64,000 nucleotides of DNA, taken from NCBI GenBank assembly GCA_951406725.2, contig OX597822.1, forward strand, positions 54,684,001 through 54,748,000. Reading direction: 5' to 3'. The translations under genes were made by a program, and so were the position numbers. Under the pieces are notes generated by a model. It was not told the DNA's origin. It searched no databases and was given only the letters and a program-made list of their open reading frames with translations. The DNA comes from Octopus vulgaris (lineage: Eukaryota). Positions within the stretch are counted from its first letter, which is position 1. The number at the start of each line of letters is the position of its first letter. Of this stretch, positions 26,089 through 40,048 are shown piece after piece.

Positions 26089-27044
26089 CAAACACACACA
26101 TATATAAGTGGACTGAAATAAAAATATATAGACTGACATTCAAAACCTGTGGGGGGGGGATATATAATATTTGCATTGAATGTGTGATTCTGTAGTAATT
26201 TATGATCCAGAAGTGTTCTTTTCAGCTAAACCCAAACTCAAGTGGAACCAGTTAATGTAGTAATGAGTAGAGCACTATTGATTTTGCTGTTCTCTCCAGC
26301 TGATCTTAAGACTCTAACAGCCCCAGCATCATCATCATCATCATTAAAGACAATAGCAACAACCATATTTCTTTCAACAACATGTTCTATCAATAGTATT
26401 TCGACTTGATTGACAGAAATAGTTTTCCTTCTATAAAAGTATATTGCCATACAACACTTTAATGGAAGTGTTGCTATACAGCTTGCTGGGTCTTTTTCCT
26501 TGGTCTCCCTTTTCATATGCTTTCCAGACTTGTTGTTTCTTGAAAAATGAGGAAAAATTATTTTTTCTGTCTTTTTTCCTTTTTTTACCATTGAATTAAT
26601 ATTACAGCCAGGAAATGAGAACAAAACCCTTTTGTTTCATATTTTTTGTATTATTGAATGCATTTAGAATGTTTCCTAGCATGCTGCTGTAATATGCTTT
26701 AAGGCTCAAGAATACGTTTAGAATCAACTAAACCAACAAATATTGACTTATCTTTTGGATATTAAATTCCATTTATGTGATATTGTGTTGAGTGGGATAA
26801 GGTGTGATTATTATCATAGCAGGCCACATTTGCTTTATGATTTAAATGGTTTACTGAAAATGTGTACACACAGCAGGCTATTATTAACACTGTGAATAGT
26901 AGGTTGTACTGATGTAATCTGGCTGAGAAATAAGTGAATATTAACTATTAATAGAAATTGATATTTGTGTATTTTATGCACGAACACCTATTTATGGTGT
27001 CCTACCAAATTTTATTACATATTACATAGCAAGACACCTGTTTC

Positions 27045-27458
27045 TACCTCTCTGTCTCTTTGTCACATTCTAACCTTTCATTCTCTGACACAAGATCCCC
27101 TCCTCAAATTTCCCTGCCCCTCCCATAATTCTTTGTCTTGCAAGTTATTTGGTGACCCTGCCAGTGCTGGTGCCACTTAAAAAAAAGCATCTAGTCCACA
27201 CTGTAAAGTGTTTGGTATTTGGAAGGGCATTCAGCTGTAAAAATCATGCCAAAATTAACCTCGCCTGTGCTGGTGCCACATAAAAAGCACTGAGTCCACT
27301 CTGCAGAGTGGTTGGTGTTAGGAAGGGTAGCTAACTGTAGAAATCCTGTTGAAACAGACACAGTAGGATAAGGTAGTTTTACTACCTGGCCAGCTCCTGT
27401 CATCCATCCTACTCATGCATGCATGGAAGATGGGTGTTAAACAATGATGATGATGATG
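27045..27458 (+). mobile_element. Family C copy with pyrimidine-rich 5' extension
   Basis: C/T-rich leader, then gtgctggtgccac.taaaaa units, gttaggaagggtagc motif and (ATG)n tail. Confidence 0.75.
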
Positions 27459-29154
27459 AAAGATTGTTCAGGTAACATGTAAATTATTATTTTACAATAA
27501 TTAACCGAAAATATCTTGTTTTCCTCCACATATCTGAATCTCGTTTCTTCTAGCTATATAGGTTTGAAATAAACTCATGAAAATGTTTTACTAGAAATAC
27601 TTCCAAATAATCTTTTGTATTTTACTTGTTTCAGTCATTAGACTATGGCCATGCTGGGGCACCACCTTGAAGACTTTTAGTCAAATGAATCAACCCCAAT
27701 ACTTATTTTAAAGCCTGGTATTTATTTTATTAGTATCTGTTGCTGAACTGCTAAGTTATGGGGACATACACCAATAATGGTTGTCGAGCACAAATATACA
27801 CACACATATATATATATATATATGTATAACTTCTAAAATATGAAATTTTGTCAAAAATGTTGAAAGTAAACTGTGTTCAATGTGAAAAATTACACCAGTA
27901 TATGAAGTTTCAAACTGTTTAGTTAAAAAAAGATAATTAAAAAATCTGTGAGCCATACTGAAGAGATCCTTGTGCTTAAGTTTGAACTGTTGGCTTCATG
28001 ATCACTTGTCCATGTACAAGTAACTGTAGGAAAAGAGTTAAATACAAGTTATCTTATAATTGGCTAAAATAAAATCACTGAAAATAAGCCAGGCTAAGGA
28101 TTAAATTGCTTGTTACCCTGGGATATCTGCTGATATAGAAGGGTTCCCAACAACGCAAAAAGCTTGCAACATTTTTAAGTAACTCCTGCAGTTTCTTCTT
28201 TGGCAAAGCATCTTAAATATTTATTTCATGAGTAAAGACATGATAAATGAAGAATGTAACATTTAACCAAACATGAACAGAAACTAGTTTCACAGGATTC
28301 CTCATGAATTTGCTTTAGGGTGAGCATTGGTCTGACAGTGACAAAAACATCTGCTTATTTCATAGAAGAAAATTTTTAAATTAACACTGTATATAACGGT
28401 GTTTGTTATGATGCATAACCTGGAGCAGTGGTGTAATTAAATGCATGTATAAAGCTGTATGGTGTCTGTGTTTGAATGAATGTAATAGTTTATTTCTTCA
28501 GATTTTTCTTGCCCCAGCTAACCCTAACAGAGCAGAACAAAAGCATATCAGCAATAACCATTCCATAGTTTTGTATATTTTCCATTTTTAAGTAGGATGT
28601 AATTTGAGGAAACTTGGGTGCTATTTCTAGCAGTTCTGGTGACAGTTTATAGGTGTAGGGCATGAGTTTTCAATATGATAGCTTTGCTTGAATATGTGCC
28701 TATTGTGAAACACAGACCATACACAAATACAAAACCAAAGTATTGGGTAGAAATGTAACTATCCACTAATTTTATATAATTTCATATCATAGTTTGTTAA
28801 CAACAAAAGCATTATTAGTTGAAGGTTTTTTAAGAGCCAGTCACTGGTTCACTACATTTCTGATGGTGAGAGTGTCAACTGAGTGTCTGTAATTTGGTTC
28901 AAAGAAATTCATTCTTGCCCAGGTCTTCATTCAAAGGGCACCATATTTTCTTTGAGCCTTACATCCTTTGCCAATTCAATACATCTTGATGAAAAACAAA
29001 CACACACACGTGTGTGTGAGAGAGACAGAGTGATTGAGTATGTGTAGTTTAAAAGAGTGTTTGAAGGTGTGATAGATTACCAAAAGTTTGGGTTCAGTAG
29101 ACAGTTCCATACTACACTCTTGTACTTAATATGGTTTGATGCTAACCATTATAT

Positions 29155-29373
29155 ATTTCTTTACTGCCCAAAAGGGGCTAAACACAGAGGGGACAAATGG
29201 ATTAAGTTGATTACATTGATGCCAGTGCGTAACTGGTACTTAATTTATTGACCCCGAAAGATGAAAGGCAAAGTCGACCTCGGCGGAATTTGAACTCAGA
29301 ATGTAACGGCAGACGAAATAGGGCTACACATTTCGCCTGGCGTGCTATCGTTTCTGCCTGCTCGCAGCCTTCA
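29155..29373 (-). mobile_element. Full-length SINE family B with TSD
   Basis: Reverse complement of the 59513 copy; 16-bp TSD atgctaaccattatat at 29139-29154 and 29374-29389. Confidence 0.9.
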
Positions 29374-29798
29374 ATGCTAACCATTATATCACCATAGAGG
29401 CTAGTGTACAGAATCTGAGCCACGTCATAATGATAATAATAAACACAAAAAATGCAATTGGTATTTTTAAGCTTTATATGATATACACATGATTCCACAA
29501 GCTGATTCTTGTTACTACATTTGCCAATTGACTCTGTTATGTATTAAAGTTGACTCATTTCTTTGGCATTATCAGCAAAAAGTACAATGTGAAGATATGT
29601 GCATACTCTAATGTACCCCATTATGCAAATTATGTGCCAGTTTAGTTGGTATATTAAAATAGAGGGTGATAGAGAATGAAATAGCAGGATTTTGTGAGAG
29701 GGGAATAATGGGGTGGAGATAAAAAGGCTTTTATAACAATGCCTCCCCTCGCACACATTCTGGTAGATTCACACATGCTTACACATACTCACATCAGG

Positions 29799-29830
<32 letters not shown>

Positions 29831-29877
29831 GCTCAAAGTTTAAGGCTGTAGGTCTATTAAAACTTGTTTTTTTTTTT

Positions 29878-30280
29878 ACTCTTTACTCTTACACTTGTTT
29901 CAGTCATGTGACTGTGGCCATGCTGGAGCACCGCCTTTAGTTGAGCAAATCGACCCCAGGACTTATTCTTTGTAAGCCTAGTACTTATTCTATCAGTCTC
30001 TTTTGCTGAACTGCTAAGTTACAGGGACGTAAACACACCAGCATCGGTTGTCAAGCGATGTTGGGGGGACAAACACAGACACACAAACATATACACACGC
30101 ACATATATACATATATACGAAGGGCTTCTTTCAGTTTCTGTCTACCAAATCCACTCACAAGGCTTTGGTCGACCCAAGGCTATAGTAGAAGACACTTGCC
30201 CAAGGTGCTACGCAGTGGGACTGAACCCGGAACCATGTGTTTGGTAAATAAGCTACTTACCACACAGCAACTCCTACGCT
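29878..30280 (-). mobile_element. Full-length tRNA-derived SINE family A
   Basis: Minus strand head GCGTAGGAGTTGCTGTGTGGTAAG...GGTTCCGGGTTCAGTCCC, CORE-like ACCTTGGGCAAGTGTC, internal microsatellite and gactgaaacaagt tail. Confidence 0.9.
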
Positions 30281-30497
30281 TTTATGAAAACGAAAGATGT
30301 TGATGTGTGCATGCGGTGGGTTTCCAATTATAAAAGATTATTGATGTAACATGCTACATCTTGAATGTTCGCTTGGTTAATTAAATGACAGTTTCTATGC
30401 AGACACATCTCTGCGGCGCAGTTGGTTATGTTTTGTACGTGGGTTGTTTCGAGCAGATATGTTTGCTTTAAAATTAGTTTCTGGAAATACTAAAGGC

Positions 30498-30537
<40 letters not shown>

Positions 30538-31076
30538 ATGGGAGGTGGAATGGGGTGTTTTTACTGCGTTCTTGACTTTGAGACTAAATATATTTTTTAA
30601 AATATTCACTACCTTACATAAACTATATCAGCTAAGCAAATCACCTTCCCTAAATGATTTAAAAGCATTTTAATTATTGCTGGTCACTATTTCAGAAAAT
30701 TATCTGGGTCCTCTTTGAGCATATAAAAGACAAATTTGGCTGGGGCAAAATGATAAGGTCAAGATAAGGTAAATTTACCGCTTCAGTTCCCTGGAATTAC
30801 ATTTGAGAACAGACTCACACACGTCAATAGCCATCCCTTAGACATCAGAAAAATCAAAAATGCAAAAAAAAACAAAAAAACTAGTCCCTTAATATTTTAT
30901 ATTCAGTATTTCATCTATTCAATAAGACAATCAATACTTCATTTCATTTTACTATATATACTATTTATACTATATATTCTATATTAATATTATAAAGAAT
31001 ATAAATAAAACATAAAAAACAGAGTTGAAATTCTTTTGAATAATATATATCCCTCTATACACAATCATACAAACCC

Positions 31077-31136
<60 letters not shown>

Positions 31137-31994
31137 TAAAAGAGAGAGAAGAGTATAAAATGGCCCCATGGCAAGGTAGTTTTAAGAATGAGAACAAAAG
31201 CAACTACAAATATAGTATCAATAAGAGTTGGTTGCATCTATCAAAATGTAGAACAGAGATAATAGTTACATTTGACATTCTTATGGTATCAGGGTTGAAG
31301 TATTTCCTTTTTGGCAGATATTGGTCTCAGTTGGCATGTTTATAAACAGTTTTAAAACAAAGACAAGACAATAGTAGGTTGTCTGTTTTCCCCAACTAAC
31401 TCATGTACATATATTCATTGATGTACACAAACATAGTCACACACACTTACTCACAGACACATGCACTAGGCATGTGAGTGTGCATATACATGTACACCCA
31501 CATGCCTAGCAGAACATATGTGTAAATGTACATGTGTGTACACAATCACACATCTGTATACATATACAGGCCATCATGTCATGTAGTGACCAACAAACTC
31601 CTCTTACTACCAAAAATATGAACACAGATCCATAGCTGTAGGACTACAATGTGCATGTAGTCCTACTGCCACATGTATAATAATAAATCACCCAAGCACA
31701 TTACATAATCTATAAAACACTACATGTTTTCAGATGTACTTAAGCCATTGTCATATGGCTACAACAATGTGTTCACATAGGTGTAGTATTGCACATGTCC
31801 ACTATCATTGCTTCATGTGTTGCACACCTTTGGATAGTGGTTATCCAAGCTGGTTGGTGCATTATATAATCCATTGTGAGGTGTCTTTGTGTTCAATAAT
31901 GTTAGTGGTATTATCCGGTATTCCACTAAGAAGTGTTTGATACAAGTATGGTTAGATGGTATTCAGATAGAGGATATTGTTTTATCATTTGGTT

Positions 31995-32430
31995 GGGTGC
32001 TGGTGCCATGTGAAAGCACCTATGTTGGTGCCATGCAAAAGCGCCCACGTTGATACTTCATAAAAGTGCTTGTGATGATGCCATGGGTTGGATGCTTCGG
32101 CAGGAGCTGGTCATTTGAAGACCTGCCTGTGCCTTGTAAAAAGCATCCATGTTGGTGCCACATAAAAGTACCTGTGTTAGTGTCATATAAAAGTGCCCAT
32201 GTGAATGTCATGTAAAAAACCCACATGCTGGTGCCATGTAAATGCATCCATGCCAGTGCCATGTAAAAGAACCCCTCTCAATCTGTAAAGTAATAGGCAT
32301 TAAGAAGGGCATCAAGCCATAGAAACCATGCCAAACAGACAAATGGAGTCCAGGCAGTTCTTCAATTGACCAGCTCCTGCCAAAGCATCCAACCCATGCC
32401 AGCATGGAAAACAGATGTTAAATGATGATG
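31995..32430 (+). mobile_element. Family C variant with ~25 bp internal tandem units
   Basis: About 8 units of tg(c/t)tggtgccatgtaaaag, then aagaagggcatcaagcc and catggaaaacagatgttaaatgatgatg. Confidence 0.8.
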
Positions 32431-32788
32431 AAGATTATGAATAATTATAGAATATAGTGGCCAGTTGTACTTTGTCAAGCTGAACAGAAGCACAAGACTA
32501 GTGTATTTCCAACCCCGTAATGGTGGAATGTCTGTAAAAAAAAAATTCCTAACACATTTTGTTTATTAAGTAAATACTTCTTGTTAAAAAAATTTTCAAC
32601 CACTCTTTTGTGCACAGCTTGCAGGGACACCTTGCCCTCCCCTTTTGGGCCAGATACACCTTACTCCTGACCATTTTAAACTATAGTCAAATTTACTATC
32701 AGATAGATTATAGGTATACTCCACTAGCAAAATCTTGAGTTGAAGAAACAATGCCCATGCATAGAGATGTGGAGTTCATTGTAGCTGT

Positions 32789-33164
32789 TACTCTTATACT
32801 TGTTTCAGTCATTTGACTGCGGCCATGCTGGAGCACTGCCTTTAATCGAGCAAATCAACCCCAGGACTTATTCTTTGTAAGCCTAATACTTATTCTACCG
32901 GTGTCTTTTGTCAAACTGCTAAGTTACGGGGATGTAAACACACCAGCATCAGTTGTCAAGTGATGTTGGGGGAGACAAACACACACACACATATATATAT
33001 ATGATGGGCTTCTTTCAGTTTCTGCCAACCAAATCAACTCACAAAGCTTTGGTCAGCCTAAAGCTATAGTAGAAAACACTAGCCCAAGGTGCCACACAGT
33101 GGGACTGAACCCGGAACCATGTGGTTGGTAAGCAAACTACTTACCACACAGCCACTCCTGCGCC
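32789..33164 (-). mobile_element. Full-length SINE family A
   Basis: Colinear with 29878-30280; ends ccacacagccactcctgcgcc. Confidence 0.9.
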
Positions 33165-33957
33165 TACATAATAACTGCTACTATTTTGCATCTCCTCTAC
33201 ACATTTATAGACTATGTTGCTTTGTACTATGTGTGATCAGGTACTGGAGTCAGTATAATGATCTGTTCTCCTCACAAAATGTATGGCTTTGTGCCAGTAT
33301 TAAAGATCTATAATGAGTGTGGAGAAACTCATAAATACTTAATTCACAAATAAGTAGTTATTTTATTTTTGCTTGTAAATTATATTTAGAAATCTCATAA
33401 AGCAATCTTTTTTCTTTTTTGCTCTTGGGTATTTTAATTCAGATTAGTTTATTGTAAAATAATTTGACAATTGGACATGTGTTTCAAATTTGTGGCTTTG
33501 ATGTCAAGGACTTTGTTCATAGGAATATCAATTGACAATAGTACTTTGTGATAGCCAGAGGTTGTAGAAATTTATACACAAGATTTGTACTTTTTAACAG
33601 CTGTTGTTGATTGTTCAGCCTTGATCCAGTAAACTTATGCTCAAAAGTATTCCAGCAAGACATTTCTGTCTTATTCTAACTTTTGTTATAATGTCTCTGG
33701 GATTACATATTTAATGAGTTCTTTTTGCTTTTAAGATGGGAGGGCGGAGGAGATTTGGCTCCTATTTCTCTCAAGTCAAGTGATAACATAAAGGCTTCCT
33801 CCTTGGCTCATCTTTTTAGCAGTTTCAGCCTAATGTAGCTAAAAGGTCAAGTTGACTGGCAAAAGAATCGACTTCAATCAATTGATAGTTTCTTTGGTTC
33901 CCGATCTTTACTTTCTTTCTTATATGGCACTCCATAAGTTCCTAAATAAGTTTAAAT

Positions 33958-34311
33958 GAATGCTTCTCAAACTAACTATCACCTTTTCTTTTACTGGTTC
34001 TTTTTCATTTACCCACTTGCTACGATCCAACAAAATTTAATATACCACATAAAATTGCTGCCGATTGGCTGATTGCCATTGAAACATTATTTGTACATAT
34101 GTCAGCTGCATAGGTATAGTATGGAATGTCAAAATAACATTTTGACCACTGATATTACCAGATGATTCAAACACAAAACGAAATTGAAAATAATTCTGAA
34201 AATTTGACCAGTTTAGAGATGCCTTCTCTTTCCCTCCTGCACCATTATTTCTAGTAACCATATTAAATCCATCCCTCCCAAGTATAGTGCTGCCCACTTT
34301 GAGAAGCATTG
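33958..34311. mobile_element. hAT (Charlie-type) MITE
   Basis: TIRs gaatgcttctcaaa / tttgagaagcattg; TSD gtttaaat / gtttaagt (7 of 8). Confidence 0.75.
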
Positions 34312-34454
34312 GTTTAAGTCCTTGTAGTTTTCACCATATGGAAGTGCTGTTACAAGATTTTGCAATATCTGTTATAGACTGGTTGTAAGCTTTAGTGATG
34401 TGTGGGTCATAATTGAAATTGACCTACACACTCACATGCACAAATTATATATAT

Positions 34455-35311
34455 ATAGGTCTGATCAGTATGTATCCGAACTGTTGCCATAATAATGAAG
34501 TTAAAGCACACAGAGTGAAGCCTCATGGCACAGATTGACCTTGAACTCTGCTGTACATGTGCACTAAATTTCAAAATTCTAGCTCAATTCTGCTGTTACA
34601 GCAGTACTTGGAAGGAAGGTGTGTAGCATGTGATCATTGCATTGACCATGACAGAGAATGTTGTCATGGTGATACCTACTCTGAGACCTACATGAAGTTG
34701 CAGAAAATATATGGAAAGGAGTGTATGAGCCATACACAAGTGTACAAGTGGTTCAGACGTTTCCAAGATGGCCAAAAATATGTTGATATTGACAAACGTT
34801 CTGGGAGGTCTGCAACCAGCAGAACTGAGAAAAATATTGCAGATATGTGTGTAGCTGTGAGGGGAAATCATAAAATCACCATCTGTCAGTTATCAGAGGA
34901 TGTGGAGATTAGTTACAGTTCAGTTCAGTCCATTATCATTGAAGATTTGGGTGTGAGATACGTGTCTGCTAAGTTTATGCCAAAACTGCTTACAGCTGAC
35001 TAAAGAGACACTCGTGTTTCAGTTGTACAAGATTTCCAATGAAAACTGTTTGAAAACCTTGCATAGGCCTCTGAGCAGGTATCGCCAAGCTTTTGTCAAA
35101 ATTTGATGCAGTTTCTCTGCTCAACTTTCTCTGACATGGTCAATGTGATGATTATATGCTACACACCTTCCTTCCAAGCACTGCTGTAAACAGCATAAGT
35201 GAGCTAGAACGTTAAAACTTAGTGTGCATGCACAGCAGAGTTCAAGATCAGTCTCTGTGCTTTAGCTTCACTAGTGTAGCAACAGTCTGGATACATATTG
35301 ATCAGACCACA
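34455..35311 (+). mobile_element. Internally deleted mariner with ~200 bp TIRs
   Basis: 34455-34658 is inverted at 35127-35311; internal frame SETYMKLQKIYGKECMSHTQVYKWFRRFQDG...DKRSGRS...VSAKFMPKLLT is the mariner HTH region and linker; no catalytic domain. Confidence 0.9.
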
Positions 35312-35675
35312 TATGTACATACACACACACACACACACACACACCAAAACTGATTATTGAGAACATTTTTGGTACTATTTGTTCACATTACATGTGCTTC
35401 ATTTGCTATTAAGAATTACAAAATTGTACATGTAGGTAAAACATGTAACATATTTCCTATTAGAAATTCTTCAGGCAAAAAAACCAATTCCATATTTTCC
35501 AGTATTTTTCAACTCTAATGCACATCTCACACAAGTATAACATCTACATGCAAGTTTGGAGTTCTGGAATAAGCAAATGTGCTTCAAGAATTCACAGCTT
35601 GAATTATAACCTTACTTATACACATGCATGCACATAGATACATACATACATATTTATAAAATGTATGTGTGTGTT

Positions 35676-36043
35676 AATTCTGTAAATAATAATATTTTAT
35701 AAGTGTAAAGCTTATAAGCAATCACCATGAATTGACTAAAGATAATAGTCTAATATTGGGGCATATAAGCCCTCAATGGAAAAAAAAAAGTAGGGTTTTC
35801 TATATGCATGAGACTCAAACCCACACTTCTATGTTTTCATGACAAGTGTGCTACTATTACACCCACGTTTCTTTCCATCAGATTTAAGAACTAATTTCAT
35901 AGCGTTGTTTTTATAAACAAACAGCATGTGCATTTTCTGCAATGATTTGGCTAGTGGTGTCATGTTTTACAATTCACAATGGTCGCTTATAAGCTTTAAG
36001 CTTATAAGATATTATTATTTACAGAATTGTAAAACACGGCACC
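35676..36043 (-). mobile_element. ~295 bp unit with tRNA-Gln-like cassette plus inverted copy spanning the unit junction
   Basis: aattc junction at 35676 and 35971; inverted segment 35976-36043; minus strand GGTGTAATAGTAGCAC...GGGTTTGAGTCTC...T run; homologous to 51161-51950. Confidence 0.7.
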
Positions 36044-37047
36044 ATATAGTAAATCATTACATATTTGTTAATATTTGTTTTTATGTTTAGTTATAATAAA
36101 AACAATTTTACGTTAATTGAAGGGGCTACTCAACACTTTTGTAGAGTACAGATTTATTCTTAATCAAGAATATTGTTGACAGTGACTTCAAAGTTGTAGT
36201 CAATTGAGCCATGAGTAGGATTATAGTTTTTTTTTTTCTTTTTTTCTGTTTTTTATACAAAGAACACTTGTGTGAGTTTTGCTTGTCCATAACTTGCTCA
36301 CCTATCAACTTATTATGTATCAAGTTTTAAGAAGTAAAGAGGAAGGGAATTGCTCATGTTGACTGAAAGGATTTTTAACTTTATGGAAGCAACATGCTGA
36401 TTGCAAGTTGTTACCCCTTACGAAAATGTGCCTGTGGGTGTGTGTGTGGGTGGGTGTATGAGTGTGTGGGGGCTACATGAGGTTTTTGGTGGCATGCAGT
36501 GTGAATATGAAAGAAATGTACCAGACAAGACACACCTTCAGTGTGAATGTGGTTTCTGTAGGAATGTGGAATCATGTACATGGGATATTGCCAAAATATA
36601 TGTGAGGGGGATATAATGTTTGTATATGTTTAAATATTTTGCTGTGTGTGTGTGTGTATGTGTTTATGTATCTGTGAGCAAATGATTTATGTGAGATGCA
36701 CAGGCTTGTGGTAAGAGTTTATATAATTTGTATTTTATGATACCCTTGAGGCATAATGAGATAAGAATAAACAGACCAGCAGCATATCTTTGATGGGAAA
36801 CTGGTTAGATAGGAAGGGACAGTATCATGTCAACATCACTATCTCTTGAGTCAGTGTGAATGGTAGGAAACTTGCTCCCTCAACATTATCACTAGCATAT
36901 CTTAAGACATTCGGTTATCATAGACAATGTTATCTTTTGGTTTGGTGTTTAGCCTGTACATCCTACTGCTACCAACCATGATGAAGGAGTGGACAGCTTA
37001 TTTTCCTTTGTTCAGTTAAAGCAAACAGTTCAGTGCATTGATTAGAA

Positions 37048-37248
37048 CAGTGCTTCTCAACCGTTTTTTGCCTATGGGCCTCTTTAATTCCCATTTTACT
37101 TTCCTGGACTGCCAAAGTCATTTGGTATAAAGAAATTAAAATATTTTTTGCATTATAGAAATATAAGCAATTTATTGCATGCAAATTTTAACAACGAAAT
37201 CTTATATGGATCCCCAGAAACCTTATGGATCCTGGTTAAGAAGCACTG
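37048..37248. mobile_element. hAT (Charlie-type) MITE
   Basis: TIRs cagtgcttctcaacc / ggttaagaagcactg; perfect TSD gattagaa at 37040-37047 and 37249-37256. Confidence 0.9.
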
Positions 37249-37264
37249 GATTAGAAGTACAATA

Positions 37265-37478
37265 TAATCCTTTCTACTATAGGCATAAGAACCGAAATTT
37301 ATGGGAGGCGGCAAGTCAGTTACATCAACCCTAGTACTCTACTGGTATTTATTTCATTGATCCTACAAGGACGAAAGTAAAGTTGACCTCAGTGGAATTT
37401 GAACTCAGAACATAAAGGTGAACAAAACCCTTCTAAGCATTTGTGCAGCATGCAAATGATTCTGCTTGTTTGCAGCTT
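37265..37478 (-). mobile_element. SINE family B copy
   Basis: ataatcctttctactataggc...aaagttgacctcagtggaatttgaactcagaac. Confidence 0.8.
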
Positions 37479-37937
37479 TAGAGGTACAACATAATGACAG
37501 TATTAAGGTATGAACTGATGACCATATGGTTAGTAGTTCAGGACCTTTACCATCACCACCATTTTTGCTTTGCTTTATACATTTTAAAATTATTAAATGT
37601 TTCCTGCAACTTTCAGGGTTTCACAAAGCTAGTGCTTAATTCCAAATTCCATGACATCTGCAGATGAGAGACAGATGTACCTCTGGATAGAGGCTGGATT
37701 CTGTTGGGGGGCACTATTCCTACAGGATGTGACACCTGTTCTTGATTATTGGATGAAATGAAGCATAACTTTGTATCAGGAGGCCTTCCACAGAATTTCA
37801 ATGAATCATGTATATTAGTTTTAAACCCATGCCCTGTGAGATGGTAGCTACATGTGCCACCCACTTAGTCATTTTAATGTTTCTTTTATGACTCTTCCAC
37901 ACATTCATACACACATGCACACATACTCACACACACA

Positions 37938-37999
<62 letters not shown>

Positions 38000-38187
38000 G
38001 AAAGGCAAAGTTGATTACAGTAGGATTAAAACCAGAAATGGATGCTCCCAGTAAAGAGAGTAGGAGGCATGGCTTTTTACTTTCTGTGAACCGTCTTGGA
38101 GAAAATGTTTTCTATTATAGCTCTAGGTTGATCAATGCCTTGTGAGTGAATTTGGTAGGCAGAAACTGTGTGGAAGTCTGTCATGTG

Positions 38188-38234
<47 letters not shown>

Positions 38235-39132
38235 TAGTGTGTGTGTACCTCTACTGCTTGACAACTGGTATTGGTTTGTACCCTAACAGAGGAGGAGAAT
38301 ATGATATTGACCTCCCTTGTACATCTAATGCTCCTTAGAAATAGCATTGTCTATATAAGTGAAGTTAGGTGCCAAATCTGGGATGTGAACTTGGAATGCT
38401 GAAATCTTGCTACAACTCTATGACAGCCAATGTTATTAAAGATAATAATTATCATTTAAATCTTAACATACATGTTAGAAGAATGTTATACAAATATGAT
38501 GTTTTAATGGGAATTTCCAGAAATGTACGATGGCAGTTACAATAGAAGCAGGATGTTCTTTGTAGAATTCTTGCCTAAGCATAATGAATAGATTCTCTCT
38601 TAAGAATAATGAGTATTATTCCGAGAATTATTTTTAAATTGTTTAGCAATCAGAACTTGTCAATTATTTAGAGAATAACCAAATGAAAAGGAAAATCAAA
38701 AATTTGAATTATCTTAAATTTTAATTTTTATCTTAAGAATAATGTTTATATTTTTAACTCTCATAATTCTTTTAAATCATCTTTGTCATCATCATTATCA
38801 TCGTAATTGTTGTCATCATTATCATCATCATTATTATTGTGTCATTATAATTGAGTTTTGCAATATTTGGGGAGCTTATTTGTTTTAGTTGTCAAGTTAC
38901 AACAAAACAGCCTAGCATTCAAAGAGGCCATCATGTTGCACCGTCTGAAGCCACCTTTCTGCCATTTCTTCTGTCCCATGCTGATACTAATTTTTGTTCT
39001 TTGAAGCAAAAAATACCTTCTCTGAAGCTTCTACCTCCTCTTGGTTGTGAAGTATTGTGAGCACATGAAGTGAGCCATGGATTGGAACAAGTCATATCCT
39101 GAGGGAGATATTTTCCCACAATCTTAACATGT

Positions 39133-39740
39133 ATAAGCAATGGTTAAGTAAGAACCAGCTTCTGAAACCTGTTGCCAAACATGGGTGTTGAAAACACAAA
39201 GTGATGCTTTGCATTTGGTGGAATTATGAGAGCATAATTCATTACGAGTTTGTTTCGGATGGTTGAACCACTGATGCCAACCTGTACTCTGAACAGCTGG
39301 AATGACAGTATGCCATTGCATGTCAAAAATACCTGGCACTGGTTAAAATACCTAGCATTGGTTAACAGAAAGTGACCTCTTCTGCTGCAAGATCTCATAC
39401 CACTCAAACAACTTGGAATAAACTCCTGGAACTTGAGGGAGTTGAACTGATGCTACATCCAGTATATTGTCCAGACCTAGCTCCCTCTGATTGTTACTTA
39501 TTCTGATCCATGGCTCAATTTCCACACTCACTAGGCTTCATGAACAAAGAGGAGCTGGAAGTTTCAATGAAGGTGTTCTTTGCTTTGAAGAACAAGAACT
39601 GGTGATGGTGTGGGATTAAAGACCAGTGCAACACGACAGCCTCTACTTGAATGCTAGGTTGCTTTTGTTGTAACTTGACAAATAAATCATCTTTTGAAAG
39701 TAGACTTCACTAATCACATGAAACTACATGCATACCAATA
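39133..39740 (+). pseudogene. Decayed mariner transposase C-terminal half plus probable right end
   Basis: KQWLSKNQ...KVMLCIWWNYESIIHYE...LYSEQL...HPVYCPDLAPSDCYLF, with multiple stops and frameshifts. Confidence 0.85.
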
Positions 39741-39898
39741 GAAATAATCTGCAGATAGCAATCTCCTGCCATCCACATGTGCAGTATGCAGCAAACTGCA
39801 CAAGTTGGGTTGATTGAGTCTCTTATAAATTTGATTGCTTACTCCTTCAAATTCAATTCATCTCACAATAGTCTCATTCCTTTTTCTCTTCTCTTCAG

Positions 39899-40048
39899 AC
39901 ACATTCCGAAGTGTGGCAGAAACTGGTCCAAATGATATTCTAAAGCTTCTTAATAAGGAAGGATTCTACATTCAGATTTCACCAAATACACCACAGAACA
40001 CTCCAGAAGACCGATATAAACTGGAAGTAGTTGCCAGAGTTTGGGGAG
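39899..40048 (+). CDS. PDE9A-like: Internal coding exon of a PDE9A-like cGMP phosphodiesterase (N-terminal region)
   Basis: Long polypyrimidine tract plus cag acceptor, GAG|gtaggt donor, 150 nt, phase 1-1. (D)TFRSVAETGPNDILKLLNKEGFYIQISPNTPQNTPEDRYKLEVVARVWG aligns by eye with the remembered human PDE9A N-terminus (DLFCIATGLPRNTTISLL...VSIDPTMPANSERTPYKV). Confidence 0.75.

Noticed and set aside
26238-26624. 128 aa minus-strand ORF
   Set aside because: Low complexity, no recognisable motif and no splice support.
30403-30495. 93 nt phase 1-1 open candidate exon downstream of a TATAAAAG
   Set aside because: Needs a weak GC donor (AAG|gcgaat), has a short pyrimidine tract and shows no similarity to PDE9.
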